The notes under the pieces were generated by a model. It worked only from the letters and a program-made list of their open reading frames with translations, was not told the DNA's origin and made no database searches. Source: Bythopirellula sp. (GTDB lineage Bacteria > Planctomycetota > Planctomycetia > Pirellulales > Lacipirellulaceae). From it: 64,000 bases of DNA. Location: the NCBI GenBank assembly GCA_965216565.1, contig OZ244170.1, forward strand, positions 2,464,001 through 2,528,000, in the 5' to 3' direction. Of the stretch, positions 32,913 to 43,713 are shown one piece after another. Position 1 is the first letter of the stretch; each line of letters opens with the position of its first letter. The translations under genes and the position numbers were made by a program.

Positions 32913-33839
32913 ATGATTGTTTCTAGAAAAAATTTCGGAACTTTGTTGGCCATGGTGTGTTGCGTGGCGATTGGCTTTGGTGCAAGCGAAGCGTTCGCCG
33001 CGGACTCGCAAGAGATAACGCTCAACACGAAAGACGGAGTCCGGCTAGCCATTACCTACTACCCCAGCGAGAAGGGTAAAGATGCCGTGCCAGTGGTGAT
33101 GCTGCACGACTTCAAAGAGAGCCGCAATGTTTTTCACAGCCTGGCTGAATCGTTGCAATCGCCGAAGAGCATTGGCGGTTCGCGGGCGGTGATTACTGTC
33201 GATCTGCGGGGCCACGGCGAGAGCACGGTGCAACGTTCCCGGGATGGCAGAACGCGCAGCCTGGAAGCGGCACGACTTCGACCTGCCGATTTCCAGGACA
33301 TGGTTGCGGAAGATTTAGAAGCGGTCCGGCGTTTTCTCGTGGAACAAAACAACAAGGGAGAGTTGAATCTCAATTCCCTGTGCCTGATTGGCTCGGGCAT
33401 GGGCGCCAGCGTGGCGACCTATTGGTCGGCAGTCGATTGGGCGGCCCCACGATTGGCCACTCTCAAGCAGGGCCAGGATGTGAAAGCCCTGGTGTTGCTC
33501 TCCCCAGAGTGGGGCTTCAAGGGCCTACCACTACTGAAACCGATCCGCCAACCAGGCGTGCGAGAAAAAGTGTCGTTCCTCATTGTGTACGGCGCGCAGA
33601 TGTCGAAAGCCAAGAAAGACGCCACGAATATCCATAAGAATCTGGCGAAGTATCACCCAGAACCTCCACGCGACAAGATCAAGGAATTCAAAGACCTGTT
33701 CCTGGTCGACTTACCCACTAAGCTGCAGGGCACCGCGCTGCTGACGTCGGGTGAGTTCAACTTGCTGACGGATATCGACGCATTTATAGACGCGCGGATT
33801 TCTGACAAGCACTTCCCCTGGGTAGCGCGCAACAAATAG
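32913..33839 (+). CDS. Secreted alpha/beta hydrolase-fold protein
   Basis: Signal peptide, VMLHD, DLRGHGES and IGSGMGA. Confidence 0.8.
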   Translation: MIVSRKNFGTLLAMVCCVAIGFGASEAFAADSQEITLNTKDGVRLAITYYPSEKGKDAVPVVMLHDFKESRNVFHSLAESLQSPKSIGGSRAVITVDLRGHGESTVQRSRDGRTRSLEAARLRPADFQDMVAEDLEAVRRFLVEQNNKGELNLNSLCLIGSGMGASVATYWSAVDWAAPRLATLKQGQDVKALVLLSPEWGFKGLPLLKPIRQPGVREKVSFLIVYGAQMSKAKKDATNIHKNLAKYHPEPPRDKIKEFKDLFLVDLPTKLQGTALLTSGEFNLLTDIDAFIDARISDKHFPWVARNK

Positions 33840-34423
33840 TCTAGCGGCTTAGTGAGTTGAGAGCCCAACGCGCTATCGTGGAGCAGATTGAACGCCGAAT
33901 AGGGTACTGACCGCATTCGTATAGTTTTGCGCGTTGATGACGGATCCAACAAGCCAATTGCTTACCAGGTATTGTGACTTTCATTCTGAGACAGCTTTCG
34001 CCCCAAGCGTGGAAACGCAAGTCGTTCTGAGGCACATAGTTCTAGAGTTGTCCCAGTGAAGTCCGTTTATTGGGACTCACCAAGCTGCACAGAACGGTGA
34101 ATTAGATGCGGGTTAGCGTCTCGCCGTCGTTTATCCATCAGACGATTCACAATAGGCTCGAGGTTCCTCAATCGCCGCCCAGCAATAGCCAGTGGCTGAA
34201 GATCCGGAACTTATTGCAGTTTCCACACCCCGGCATTATAATTTGAACGCAAGAACTACTTTTTTTCTGTTCTCCTAATTAGAGTATCGCTAAATAGAGC
34301 ACTTCGAATTTCAGCATTTGTCCGCGATAGCGGCATGAATGTGGAGTTCGTGGTGCTTTTTTTGTGGCCATTGAAACTCACGAGCAAGAGTTAGTTCCCC
34401 TCCATCACCGCAATAGATCGATC

Positions 34424-35089
34424 ATGGACCAAGCTATTCGTTTTTTTGTTCTTCTTTTCTTCTTTGTAGCTTTGCCTCTGCCTGCGACTGCTACAGCAAC
34501 GTCAATGTTCGGCGGAGAATTAGATCAAGCCTTCGTACCCACGGGCACAGGTGGAAGCATATTAGGCGGTGAAGGTCTCATTCATGCCCAGACGTTTAAC
34601 TCCGGAATCAGTGGGCAACTCAGGCAGATTGATGTATTCGTGCATACTTTCAACGGCGTACCCCCAGATGATTTAAGAGTCAGAATTCTAGGGATTTCTC
34701 CATCAGGCAAGCCGGATATTGATGATGAAATTGCTAGGGTCGTATTATTACCAGTTCAAGTTGCGAGCGAGCCAGGAACTTTCTTGAGCATTGATCTCAG
34801 AGCTTTTGACATACAAGTTGAAGTGGGCACATCTCTTGCTATCGCGTTAGACACTGGCTCAGTATTAAGGCCTGGATACTCTTGGTTGGCTCGAGGAGAC
34901 AATCCCTACAAAGGAGGGAATCTATTTATATCCCATAATAGTGGGGCTACTTTCCTCGCAAGTGGCCAAACACCTGGCGTCGGCGATGTTGGTTTTCGAA
35001 CTTTCGTTGGAGTGCCGGAACCTGGAACTCTAGCTTTGCTCCTCGGAGCAACCTGCAGTGCTGCGATAAGGCCTCGCCGGTGGAACTGA
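34424..35089 (+). CDS. PEP-CTERM protein
   Basis: Signal peptide; VPEPGT plus TM and RPRR tail. Confidence 0.82.
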   Translation: MDQAIRFFVLLFFFVALPLPATATATSMFGGELDQAFVPTGTGGSILGGEGLIHAQTFNSGISGQLRQIDVFVHTFNGVPPDDLRVRILGISPSGKPDIDDEIARVVLLPVQVASEPGTFLSIDLRAFDIQVEVGTSLAIALDTGSVLRPGYSWLARGDNPYKGGNLFISHNSGATFLASGQTPGVGDVGFRTFVGVPEPGTLALLLGATCSAAIRPRRWN

Positions 35090-35175
35090 AAGTCAGGCGG
35101 ACTCAACTCTGCCACCTTAGTATGCAAAACAACTCTAAGGTAGTCGCGATTCTCGAATCAGCTTTGGCCGTGGGC

Positions 35176-35844
35176 TCAGTCGTTTTCTCGTCGCGGTGGG
35201 ACGGGAATGCGGAGTTCGGCGCCGATTGGCAACAAATGTGGATTGGATAGTTGCTCGCGGTTTAGGTCGAACAGCTCCAACGCTCGGCCTGAATCGCCCA
35301 GGTAACGCTCCGCCAGTTTCTCGAGCGTATCGCCATTGTGTACCACGTGGATCAACTCTTCCGGCCAGGCCGCGGCGTCGCTTTCGGTCGGAAGGGTCGT
35401 GGCGTAGGCGGGGCGTGCGTGGCCCGCGCCGGGGAGAGTTTGCGGCGTGACCGGGCTTTGTTCAAACGTGTCCTGTGTTTGGACTTTGGAAGATTGATCG
35501 AGCTGGCTGGCTGCCCGATCTTTGCGAGCGGTTGCCGGACGAGTGGCCAGGGCAGGGTGGTCGGCCAGGTCGAATCCGTTGGTGCGTCCGGCGGTGAGTT
35601 CATCGTCCCGAGTGCTAGCCATATGGGCTTCGACTTGCTTAGAACGCTGGTTGCCGAGACGGGCAGAACCATTTGCAGTGGGATCCAAACGTTCGTACGA
35701 ATCGGTGCGTTCTGAGGTCTGCAAGGGATTGTCAACGGGGAGTGGCTGAACGCTGTCGCCCGCTTGACGGCGAAAGGGCAGCGCCATGCCGATGCCAATC
35801 GCAAGCACGAAGGTGACGATCAGAAGTTTCTTGACTCGACTCAT
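35176..35844 (-). CDS. LysM domain protein
   Basis: N-terminal TM helix; C-terminal HVVHNGDTLEKLAERYLG...LPIGAELRIP. Confidence 0.88.
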   Translation of the reverse strand: MSRVKKLLIVTFVLAIGIGMALPFRRQAGDSVQPLPVDNPLQTSERTDSYERLDPTANGSARLGNQRSKQVEAHMASTRDDELTAGRTNGFDLADHPALATRPATARKDRAASQLDQSSKVQTQDTFEQSPVTPQTLPGAGHARPAYATTLPTESDAAAWPEELIHVVHNGDTLEKLAERYLGDSGRALELFDLNREQLSNPHLLPIGAELRIPVPPRREND

Positions 35845-36037
35845 TCTGTTCCACATTTGCCAGGGCAGGGAGAGGATTCCGTCAGCGCAGATCCCCTTAC
35901 AGTCTGGTTCGGAGAAACAGCCCGACGACTTGAGCCAGGGCGGCGACTTGTGCCCTGCGAGGGCAGGGGAGTGAGAAATAAATCGGATTTTACCGATGGC
36001 AGGAGTCAGCGAAGCTGTGCCGGGGACAGCAGAACAC

Positions 36038-36556
36038 CTAGTTTGAGTCCGAGAGTTCGGTTTCCACACGACACAGATAGTCCGCTGCACTATCTCGATG
36101 TGGAATCTGCTTTGCCTCTTCCAGCAACTGCATCGCTTTCTCTGGTTGGTTATTGCTTGCCACGATCTGCGCTAGGGTCGCTTTGGCCAGGCAACGATCG
36201 TGCGATGTTCGCAACGCCCCGTCGACGGCCAACTGCATTTGCTCCTCTGCGAAACTCAGGTTGCTGGAGTCTTGCGCAGCTAACATTGCGTTGACCCAAT
36301 GCCAGTAGGCACGCGATTGGGGGCTTAGTGCATTGGGAAATTTGATCGAATCAAAGTGTCTGCGGGCCTGATCGAGATCTCCCCGAGTCATCGCCATGAA
36401 CGCTGGTCGAATGGCACCATATCGAAAGTAGCCCACCGCAAACAATACTGCCGCAGCAAGCATTATGTACCCTGACTGTTCGCCGAGCGTTAGTTTGTAG
36501 ATTGCATACGCGGCAGCGAGCAACACGACACAAATTCTAACTGGGAGCGAGAACAA
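36038..36556 (-). CDS. Hypothetical membrane protein with helical (TPR-like) C-terminus
   Basis: Two TM helices followed by helical repeats. Confidence 0.6.
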   Translation of the reverse strand: MFSLPVRICVVLLAAAYAIYKLTLGEQSGYIMLAAAVLFAVGYFRYGAIRPAFMAMTRGDLDQARRHFDSIKFPNALSPQSRAYWHWVNAMLAAQDSSNLSFAEEQMQLAVDGALRTSHDRCLAKATLAQIVASNNQPEKAMQLLEEAKQIPHRDSAADYLCRVETELSDSN

Positions 36557-36648
36557 GTTCGTACCCCGACTATGTTAGGGGTGCCGCGAGTGAAGGCGTC
36601 ACGGCTCACTCCTGGTGCTACGAGACAGCACGGCTGGTAGTTATCCGC

Positions 36649-39600
36649 TTAAGATGTTTTCGGCTGGATTGTTTTGGCGTTGGATAGTTTGTCGTTCGAC
36701 TCGGTCATCTTGCTCATCCACAGCAGGGCAGGGGAGGCGATGAATACCGAGCTGTAGGTACCGACAATCACACCAATTACCAATGCGTAAGCAAAGCCGT
36801 GGATACCATCACCACCGAGGGTGTATAGCAAGATCACCGACAGCAACGTTGTTGCGGAGGTCAGCAAGGTACGCGACAAGGTTTGATTGATACTGGTATT
36901 AATCATATCTGCAGTGAGGTCAGGGCTCTTGCCCTTCACCTCGCGGATGCGGTCGAACACGACAATCGTATCATTGAGCGAATAACCAATGATCGTCAGG
37001 AACGCGGCCACCATGGGTAAGCTGATCTGGAATTTCTCCACCATTAAGCTCGAAGCAAGAGCGGGAATGTTGTCGACAATTAGTGCACTAAACCCGATCG
37101 CACCCAGCGTGACCAGCACGTCGTGAATCAGGGCGATCACGGCGGCAAAACCGTAGATCATCCGCTGGAACCGGAACCAAATGTAACCCACGATGCCGAT
37201 CAAGCTCATGACCACGGCGGCAATGGCCTTGGTCTTCAAATCACCGGCAACACGTCCGCCAATGGCATTGGACAAGGGGAAAATGGGACGGTCGTTCGTG
37301 ACGCTGCGTAGCTGCTGCCAAACCTCTTCGGCTTCAGCCTCGTCGAGTGCGAGTTTCACTTGCCAATCAGTGAACCGGCGGGCACTGCCCACTCGATAGT
37401 CGTCATTGGAAACCATGGCGGCAGCGCCGCTATGGTCGGTCGCCTTCAAGGCGTCATTGAGCATTTGCGAGACGGTTTCGTAGCTGACGCCGGCTGAGGT
37501 CGTCAGCTGGTTTGGATCCGTCTCGACTTCTCCACTAAAGGAGACGGTCGCTTGGGTACCACCGGCAAAGCGATCGCTAGCCGAGTTGTCGGCGTCGTCA
37601 TCCTCTGCATCCGATTGGGGAATCGCACTGATATCGCTGATTTCTAGATTGTAAGTTTTCAGCTTTTCGCCAAAAGTTTCGTGCAGGAGATTCTGCACGC
37701 CTTCAACATCCTGATTCACACTGCTCACGGTGTACCGCAAGCCGGAGCCTGCTTCGCCCACCTCAACCAGGGATAGGTTCTGTTCGGCAAGATCGGTGCC
37801 TTCTAGGGCCGATTTCACGTCGCCGTAGGGCATGCTCGCATCTTCGTCGAGGACCATCGTCACCGAGCTACCACCTGTGAAGTCGATATTCAGCAAGTCG
37901 TCGCCACGTTGATAGACGGCAGCCAGACCGAGCCCGATAATGATCAGCGAACACACGGCAGCGATTCCTCGCTTGCCGAGGAAGTCGAAATTGGCCGAGC
38001 GGATGATCTGGACCATTTTCAGCTCTTTGAGCGACCGCGTTCGCTCGCAGATATCGAAGATTAAGCGCGATAGGAAGATCGCGCTATACATACTCATGAT
38101 AATGCCCAAGATAAGCGTGACGCCGAAGCCTTTCACGTTGTCAGGAGCAATTTTGTAGATCACGATTGCCGTGATCAGCGTGGTCACATTGGCATCGACA
38201 ATGGTTTGAGTGGCGCGGGCAAAACCATTGATGATCGCCATTCTCATAGCCGCACCGCGGGCTCGTTCTTCTCGGATACGCTCGAAGATCAGCACGTTGG
38301 CATCCACCGACATACCAATGGTGAGCACCAAACCAGCGAGACCGGGCAGGGTGAAGGCTGCTTTTAGAAGCACCATCAACCCGAGGATGAGTATCAAGTT
38401 GGCCGCCAAGGCGAGGCAGGCCACGAGGCCGGCAAAGCGATAGTAGAACAGCATGAATACCATCACAGCCACCAACGAGATGATGATGGCAGTCTTGCCC
38501 TTTTCGACTGTCTCGGCACCAAGCGTTGGGCTGATGGTTTCGCGGAAAATTGGTTCCTTGTTCAGCGACGCCGGCAAGCTACCGGCGTTGAGAATACCTA
38601 CCAGAAAGTCGACCTCTTCCTTATTGGGAATGCCTTCAATGATACCCTGCGAGGTAATCTTGCTATTAATTGAAGGAGCGGAGAGCAGCTTTTTATCAAG
38701 CATGATCCCCAGCTGATACTTGAGTCCCGAAGGATTGGGCAAATGGTTGCCGGTAAGTTGGCCGAACTTAAACGCCCCACGGGAGTTGAAACGGAATTGG
38801 ACTTCCGGACCACCTTGCTGACCGAAGCCGGAACGCGAATCGTCTAAGTCGTCACCAGTTACATCTAGCCCATCGTTGGTGAGCACAAGGGCCTGAGGCT
38901 GGCTACCGGCAAGACGTTTCACGATACGCTCGTCGTTGACATCCACGGGGCCAAACTGATCGACACTGTATTCCACCCACTCGGCGATTTTATTGTCGCC
39001 ATCGCGCAACTCACTCACTCCCGGAGGAAGTTCCTTGGCACGCTCGATAATCGGGCGATGACTAATGAACGCTGGGGAGGCAGTAATGCGGAATTCCAAG
39101 GAGCCAGCCGTATAGATGCGACGTTCGATAAACTCGAGGTCTTCAGGCTTGGCCTTAGGAATGATGATCTCAATTTGCCCGGCCCCGTACTTGCGGATAG
39201 TCACTTCCTTGGTACCGCTGGGATCGACGCGCTCGGTGAGGGCGCCAATAAGTTGGTCCAGGATGGCATCACGTTCGGCACTACTACGGGGATCTTCGTC
39301 CTCATCGGCAGCACCAAATGCTGTGTCCTGAAGCTCATAAATCAGGGTAATTCCACCGCTGAGGTCGGGGCCGTACTTGATTTCGCCGGTGCTAATGATC
39401 ACAGCCGCGGCAGCGAGTGTGCCGATGGCCAGGGCAATTTTCCAGCCATGATCCGGCATCCGCAGCGACTTGCCCAATCGGTTGCCAATAAACATCGGCA
39501 CCAAGAACAGGGCGAGAATGATCGCAAAGATCAAAAGTCCTTCCAGGGTATCTTCCACCTCCACTTCGTCAGCACTCTCTGCGTCACCGACTGCTTCTCC

Positions 39601-39954
39601 GGAGACGTTCTCGCCCTCTACATCATTCTCCAGAGACGCTTCCTCACCGCCATCCGACTCGGACGCTTCTGATTCGTCGGCAGAGGCATCGATTTCCTCG
39701 GAGCCCTGGCTCTCGCCAGAATCTTCACTAGTTGTCGAATCTTCCGTTGTTGACTCTGCGGCTGTCGACTCTTCGGCCTTGGCATCATCAGATTGGGGTG
39801 CGTCCGCAGAAATCGTTTGCTCAGCGGGAGCATCGGTCTCTTGGGCCCAAGCGGAAGAACTTATCGAAAAGGTCAAGCCAAATAGCACGACACCGGCGAG
39901 CAAAGTCCGCAAGATCGTGTCGCCGTGGCGGTTGTTATCCATCGTACCTGTCAT
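36649..39954 (-). CDS. secDF: Protein translocase SecDF (fused)
   Basis: GPDLSGG, ISPTLG, GMSVDANVLIFERIREE, IDFTGG and GYSLNDTIVVFDRIRE motifs; start approximate. Confidence 0.95.
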   Translation of the reverse strand: MTGTMDNNRHGDTILRTLLAGVVLFGLTFSISSSAWAQETDAPAEQTISADAPQSDDAKAEESTAAESTTEDSTTSEDSGESQGSEEIDASADESEASESDGGEEASLENDVEGENVSGEAVGDAESADEVEVEDTLEGLLIFAIILALFLVPMFIGNRLGKSLRMPDHGWKIALAIGTLAAAAVIISTGEIKYGPDLSGGITLIYELQDTAFGAADEDEDPRSSAERDAILDQLIGALTERVDPSGTKEVTIRKYGAGQIEIIIPKAKPEDLEFIERRIYTAGSLEFRITASPAFISHRPIIERAKELPPGVSELRDGDNKIAEWVEYSVDQFGPVDVNDERIVKRLAGSQPQALVLTNDGLDVTGDDLDDSRSGFGQQGGPEVQFRFNSRGAFKFGQLTGNHLPNPSGLKYQLGIMLDKKLLSAPSINSKITSQGIIEGIPNKEEVDFLVGILNAGSLPASLNKEPIFRETISPTLGAETVEKGKTAIIISLVAVMVFMLFYYRFAGLVACLALAANLILILGLMVLLKAAFTLPGLAGLVLTIGMSVDANVLIFERIREERARGAAMRMAIINGFARATQTIVDANVTTLITAIVIYKIAPDNVKGFGVTLILGIIMSMYSAIFLSRLIFDICERTRSLKELKMVQIIRSANFDFLGKRGIAAVCSLIIIGLGLAAVYQRGDDLLNIDFTGGSSVTMVLDEDASMPYGDVKSALEGTDLAEQNLSLVEVGEAGSGLRYTVSSVNQDVEGVQNLLHETFGEKLKTYNLEISDISAIPQSDAEDDDADNSASDRFAGGTQATVSFSGEVETDPNQLTTSAGVSYETVSQMLNDALKATDHSGAAAMVSNDDYRVGSARRFTDWQVKLALDEAEAEEVWQQLRSVTNDRPIFPLSNAIGGRVAGDLKTKAIAAVVMSLIGIVGYIWFRFQRMIYGFAAVIALIHDVLVTLGAIGFSALIVDNIPALASSLMVEKFQISLPMVAAFLTIIGYSLNDTIVVFDRIREVKGKSPDLTADMINTSINQTLSRTLLTSATTLLSVILLYTLGGDGIHGFAYALVIGVIVGTYSSVFIASPALLWMSKMTESNDKLSNAKTIQPKTS

Positions 39955-40106
39955 GGTTCTATTGTTTACTTTGTTAAAGTGTTTTGTATTTGGTGAGATA
40001 CGTGAGTAAGTGAGTAGGTGGATAATTAAGGAAATCAACCGTTGCTAGCGTGGTTGTTGGTTCGTTTCTTTTGCCCGTCTAAGTATTGACTTACTCACCT
40101 ACTCAC

Positions 40107-40472
40107 TTACTCACCGTTATTTTTATCTTTGTCGAGCACGACTCGGGAAATAGCCGATGTGCCGACATGTATCTTTGCACCGGTCGATTCATCGATGCGG
40201 ATGGTTACCATTTCCTGATCGCGTTGCACGTTGGTCACCACTCCGTGGATGCCACCGATTGTGATGACGCGGTCTTTTTCCTTAAGGCTATCGATCATGG
40301 AAGTCGCTTCCTGCTGTTTCTTTTGCTGAGGGCGCAGGATTAGGAAATAAAACAACGCCATGATGATGGCGATCGGCATGAGCATGCTCGGCTGTGAGGC
40401 CGGCGCACCGCCATCCTGGGCGAGCAGAATCCAAGGTTCGAGCAAAGTGATGTTCAAAGAATTGATATCCAC
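40107..40472 (-). CDS. yajC: Preprotein translocase subunit YajC
   Basis: FYFLILRPQQKK and DRVITIGGIHGVV; tgt-yajC-secDF order. Confidence 0.93.
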   Translation of the reverse strand: MDINSLNITLLEPWILLAQDGGAPASQPSMLMPIAIIMALFYFLILRPQQKKQQEATSMIDSLKEKDRVITIGGIHGVVTNVQRDQEMVTIRIDESTGAKIHVGTSAISRVVLDKDKNNGE

Positions 40473-40689
40473 ATGGTGTTTTTGCTTCTCCGGCTTGGGA
40501 CAAGCCGGTTCGCTGAGGGAACCAGCGAAAGGGTCTGGCCCTACGGGAAGATTCTCCAAAACGCGAACCGATTATCATAAATCGAGTCCCCACAAGCAGC
40601 AAGGGCGACTAGCGGAAGTGTGAAGTTTGATTGCTGAAGTTTGAAGTCAGACCGAAATGACAAGAGACTGGAGGCTCCTACTTCAAAAT

Positions 40690-41862
40690 TCAAACTTCAG
40701 ACTTCGCGGTTCCTTCCTCCCAGTTTGCCATCTTTCGCTGCCTGAATTCCTCGAAGGAATCGGCCTCGATGGCCTCGCGGGCCTCGGCCATGAGCCGCTG
40801 ATAATACGTCAGATTGTGAATAGAAGTGAGAATGGGGCCGAGCATCTCGCCCGCCTGGAATAGATGTCGGAGGTAACCGCGGCTATGTCGGCAAGCCGGG
40901 CAAGGGCAGTGAGGTTCCAGCGGGCCCGTATCGAGCTGATGCTTGGCATTGCGCAAACGGATTGGGCCCCGATCGGTAAATGCCAGGGCATTGCGGCCGT
41001 TGCGGGTGGGCATCACGCAGTCGAACATATCGATGCCTCGGGCGATGCCCTCGAGCAGATCTTCGGGGCGGCCTACCCCCATCAGGTAGCGAGGCCGGTC
41101 CGTCGGCAGGCTGGGCACTGTGGCATCCAGCGCGGCATACATTTCCTCGGGCGGTTCACCGACGCTCAAACCTCCGACGGCATAGCCTTGGAAATCGTGA
41201 GACACAAGCGCTGCGGCACATTCGCGGCGCAACTTGGCATCGAGACCGCCTTGAACGATGGCCAGCAACATTTGATCGGGCCGCTTCGCTGCCTTTTGGC
41301 AGCGCTCGGCCCAACGGACGCTCCGCCACATCGCATCGGCTACCACATCCGGTGAGTTGGGAAGTTCGACCACATGATCGAAGGCCATCGCAAAATCGCT
41401 ACCTAAGTTTTCTTGGATTGCGATGGAGCGCTCCGGTGTGATTTCAACCTGGCTGCCATCGATGTGCGAGCGAAACACCACCCCCTGTTCCGTGACTTTG
41501 TTGCGCTCGGCGAGACTGAAAACTTGGAAGCCGCCACTATCGGTCAAGATGGGTCCCGACCACTGCATCATTTCGTGCAAGCCCCCGAGCTTGGCGACCA
41601 CTTCGTCACCCGGTCGTAGCAGCAGATGATACGTATTGGCCAGCACTATCTGCGCACCGGTTTCGGCAACGCGATGGATGTCTACACCTTTGACCGTAGC
41701 CAACGTTCCTACCGGCATGAAAGTCGGCAGTTCAACCGTACCACGTGGCGTATGCAGTCGTGAGCGACGCGCACCGCAATGCGCGTCGGTGTGGAGCGGT
41801 TCCAGTCGAAAGCGCGAAGAGTCGGACGCCGCGGATTCGGATTCTTGGTCGGGAATTGCCAT
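40690..41862 (-). CDS. tgt: Queuine tRNA-guanine transglycosylase
   Basis: [28 protein letters not shown] and DCVMPTR motifs. Confidence 0.97.
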   Translation of the reverse strand: MAIPDQESESAASDSSRFRLEPLHTDAHCGARRSRLHTPRGTVELPTFMPVGTLATVKGVDIHRVAETGAQIVLANTYHLLLRPGDEVVAKLGGLHEMMQWSGPILTDSGGFQVFSLAERNKVTEQGVVFRSHIDGSQVEITPERSIAIQENLGSDFAMAFDHVVELPNSPDVVADAMWRSVRWAERCQKAAKRPDQMLLAIVQGGLDAKLRRECAAALVSHDFQGYAVGGLSVGEPPEEMYAALDATVPSLPTDRPRYLMGVGRPEDLLEGIARGIDMFDCVMPTRNGRNALAFTDRGPIRLRNAKHQLDTGPLEPHCPCPACRHSRGYLRHLFQAGEMLGPILTSIHNLTYYQRLMAEAREAIEADSFEEFRQRKMANWEEGTAKSEV

Positions 41863-41922
41863 AGGCGATAGCGTATTGGCCGTGCAATCCGGGCGCTGAC
41901 GCTACCGGCTGACGTACTGTTG

Positions 41923-43257
41923 TCAGTCGCCACGTAGCTTGAGATTGTTGAGCGTCAACTTCTCGCGAACCTCGTTGAGGCTCGTGACACCAAAGTTTTT
42001 GCACTCCAGCAAATCGTCACCCGTACGGCGGACGAGTTCGCCGATGGTGGTGAGCCCCAAGCGAACCATACACTTGCGGGCACGGACAGAAAGATTGAGG
42101 TCGGCGATCGGTCGATCGAGCAAGGCCCGTTCGTCGTCGCTGAGCGAGGACGGATCGTAGCTGGGCTCTTCTTCTCGCCAATTGCTGGCAAATTGCCCCA
42201 GTTCCAGGCCCTTGGAGTTAAGCATCTCGCGAATTTCCACGAGCGAGGTCTCGCCGAAGTTCTTACTGGAAAGCAGGTCTTGCTCGGAGGTTTCGGTGAG
42301 GTCGCCGAGGGTCATTACACCCATCTTCTGTAGACAGTTGCGACTACGGACAGAAAGCTCGAAATCGGTGACCGGCACGCTCAGGATTTGAGCTAGTCGA
42401 TCTTGCCGACGGCGGGCTTCTTCGTCGTAATACATGTCGCGGGAAGCTTCGGCATCTTTCATAAAGAGCCGTGCTCGCGGATGGTCTGGGTACACTTCCA
42501 AGATACGCTGGTAACATTGCTTAGCACGTTCGAAGTGCTCCATGTCTTCGTACAGCAGCCCAAGATTCAGCAGCGTGCCCGCATGAGCAGGAAACTGGCC
42601 GGAAGCACGCTCGTAGAGTTGGCGAGCATATTCGTCATTGCCATGGCGATCGTTTTCTAAGGCCAAACCAAAGAGTGCACCTGCGTGCGAGTTATCGGCT
42701 TCGACGGCTCGCTCCAGGTAAGCAATGACCTCCGAAGAACTACCACCCATGGCGGCCACGGTGGCCGATCGTTGGTAGAGGTACTCGGCAGTTTGTTCGA
42801 CGGCACCGGACAAACCGTCGAGCACATTGAGTGCTGCATTGGCTTGACCGTTGAGCCGCATTGCTTCGGCTTTGGCAAGTGCCACGTCGTCGCGGTTGTA
42901 ACCTGCTCGTTCGGCAGATTCGAAAGCGGCTTGCGCTTCGGCATAGTTATCCAGGGACAACTGTGCCTTGCCTAAGAAGTAGTGGGTGAGGGCACCACCA
43001 TCGGCATTGGTTAGGGTTTCGATGGCGTCGGAATATCGTCCCAGCAGATACTGGCAAACTCCCAGGCGGGCCGAGGCTGCCGGGGTGCGGCTTTCTTGTT
43101 GGCTCAGCTCGCCAACGGCGTCGCGCAATTGACGAAAGTTCGAAAAGTCACGCGAGATGGCCCCGGTGATTTCCTGGATTTCGTTCGGGCCAAAGGTGCT
43201 GTTGGAAACAACAATCTGTCGGACGTCTACTTCTGCTACTTCCGATACTTCAGACAT
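41923..43257 (-). CDS. TPR protein with two RNA polymerase alpha-CTD-like domains
   Basis: TPR helices, then ELSVRSRNCL...KNFGETSLVEI and NLSVRARKCM...KNFGVTSLNEV. Confidence 0.9.
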   Translation of the reverse strand: MSEVSEVAEVDVRQIVVSNSTFGPNEIQEITGAISRDFSNFRQLRDAVGELSQQESRTPAASARLGVCQYLLGRYSDAIETLTNADGGALTHYFLGKAQLSLDNYAEAQAAFESAERAGYNRDDVALAKAEAMRLNGQANAALNVLDGLSGAVEQTAEYLYQRSATVAAMGGSSSEVIAYLERAVEADNSHAGALFGLALENDRHGNDEYARQLYERASGQFPAHAGTLLNLGLLYEDMEHFERAKQCYQRILEVYPDHPRARLFMKDAEASRDMYYDEEARRRQDRLAQILSVPVTDFELSVRSRNCLQKMGVMTLGDLTETSEQDLLSSKNFGETSLVEIREMLNSKGLELGQFASNWREEEPSYDPSSLSDDERALLDRPIADLNLSVRARKCMVRLGLTTIGELVRRTGDDLLECKNFGVTSLNEVREKLTLNNLKLRGD

Positions 43258-43340
43258 GGGTGACGAATTCCTTAAACGGGTTTTTCAAAAAATTGCTTCC
43301 GAGCGTGTCGGCGATTCTTCTTGGACAGCACAGGGAGGAA

Positions 43341-43414
43341 AGCCAGCGGCGGGAGTCGAACCCGCAACCCCCGCATTACGAATGCGGTGCTCTGCCAATT
43401 GAAGCTACGCTGGC
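43341..43414 (-). tRNA. tRNA-Thr(CGT)
   Basis: Reverse complement GCCAGCG...CCGCA-TT-CGT-AA-TGCGG...GGTTCGACTCC...CGCTGGC-T folds as a cloverleaf; CCA not encoded. Confidence 0.95.
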
Positions 43415-43713
43415 GCGTCGGGCGGTGAAGCTCCGCATCTGGGTCGGCTTCGCTCTCGGGTTGTTCTATTCAAGCCCCTCGATTTTTGTTCCCAGTCCCC
43501 TAGGGCACTGGTGTCTTGAGACTTGTTTAATCCGGTAAGTGTAGCATCAAGGCCCTTTCCAGCCAAGGGCCGGACAGGCCCGGGCAACGGTCGCCCGACG
43601 CTCTGAAATCCCGCCGCCGAATCCTGAAAGCAATGACTCTCGAACCGAGGCCACCAGCGTGGTAGATTCAAAGGGTATTCCCGCCCGGCGACGCCTAATG
43701 AGGTTATCAAGAA

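Noticed and set aside
43341..43414. tRNA-Thr as an integration site
   Set aside because: No duplicated tRNA 3' end or integrase was seen nearby.
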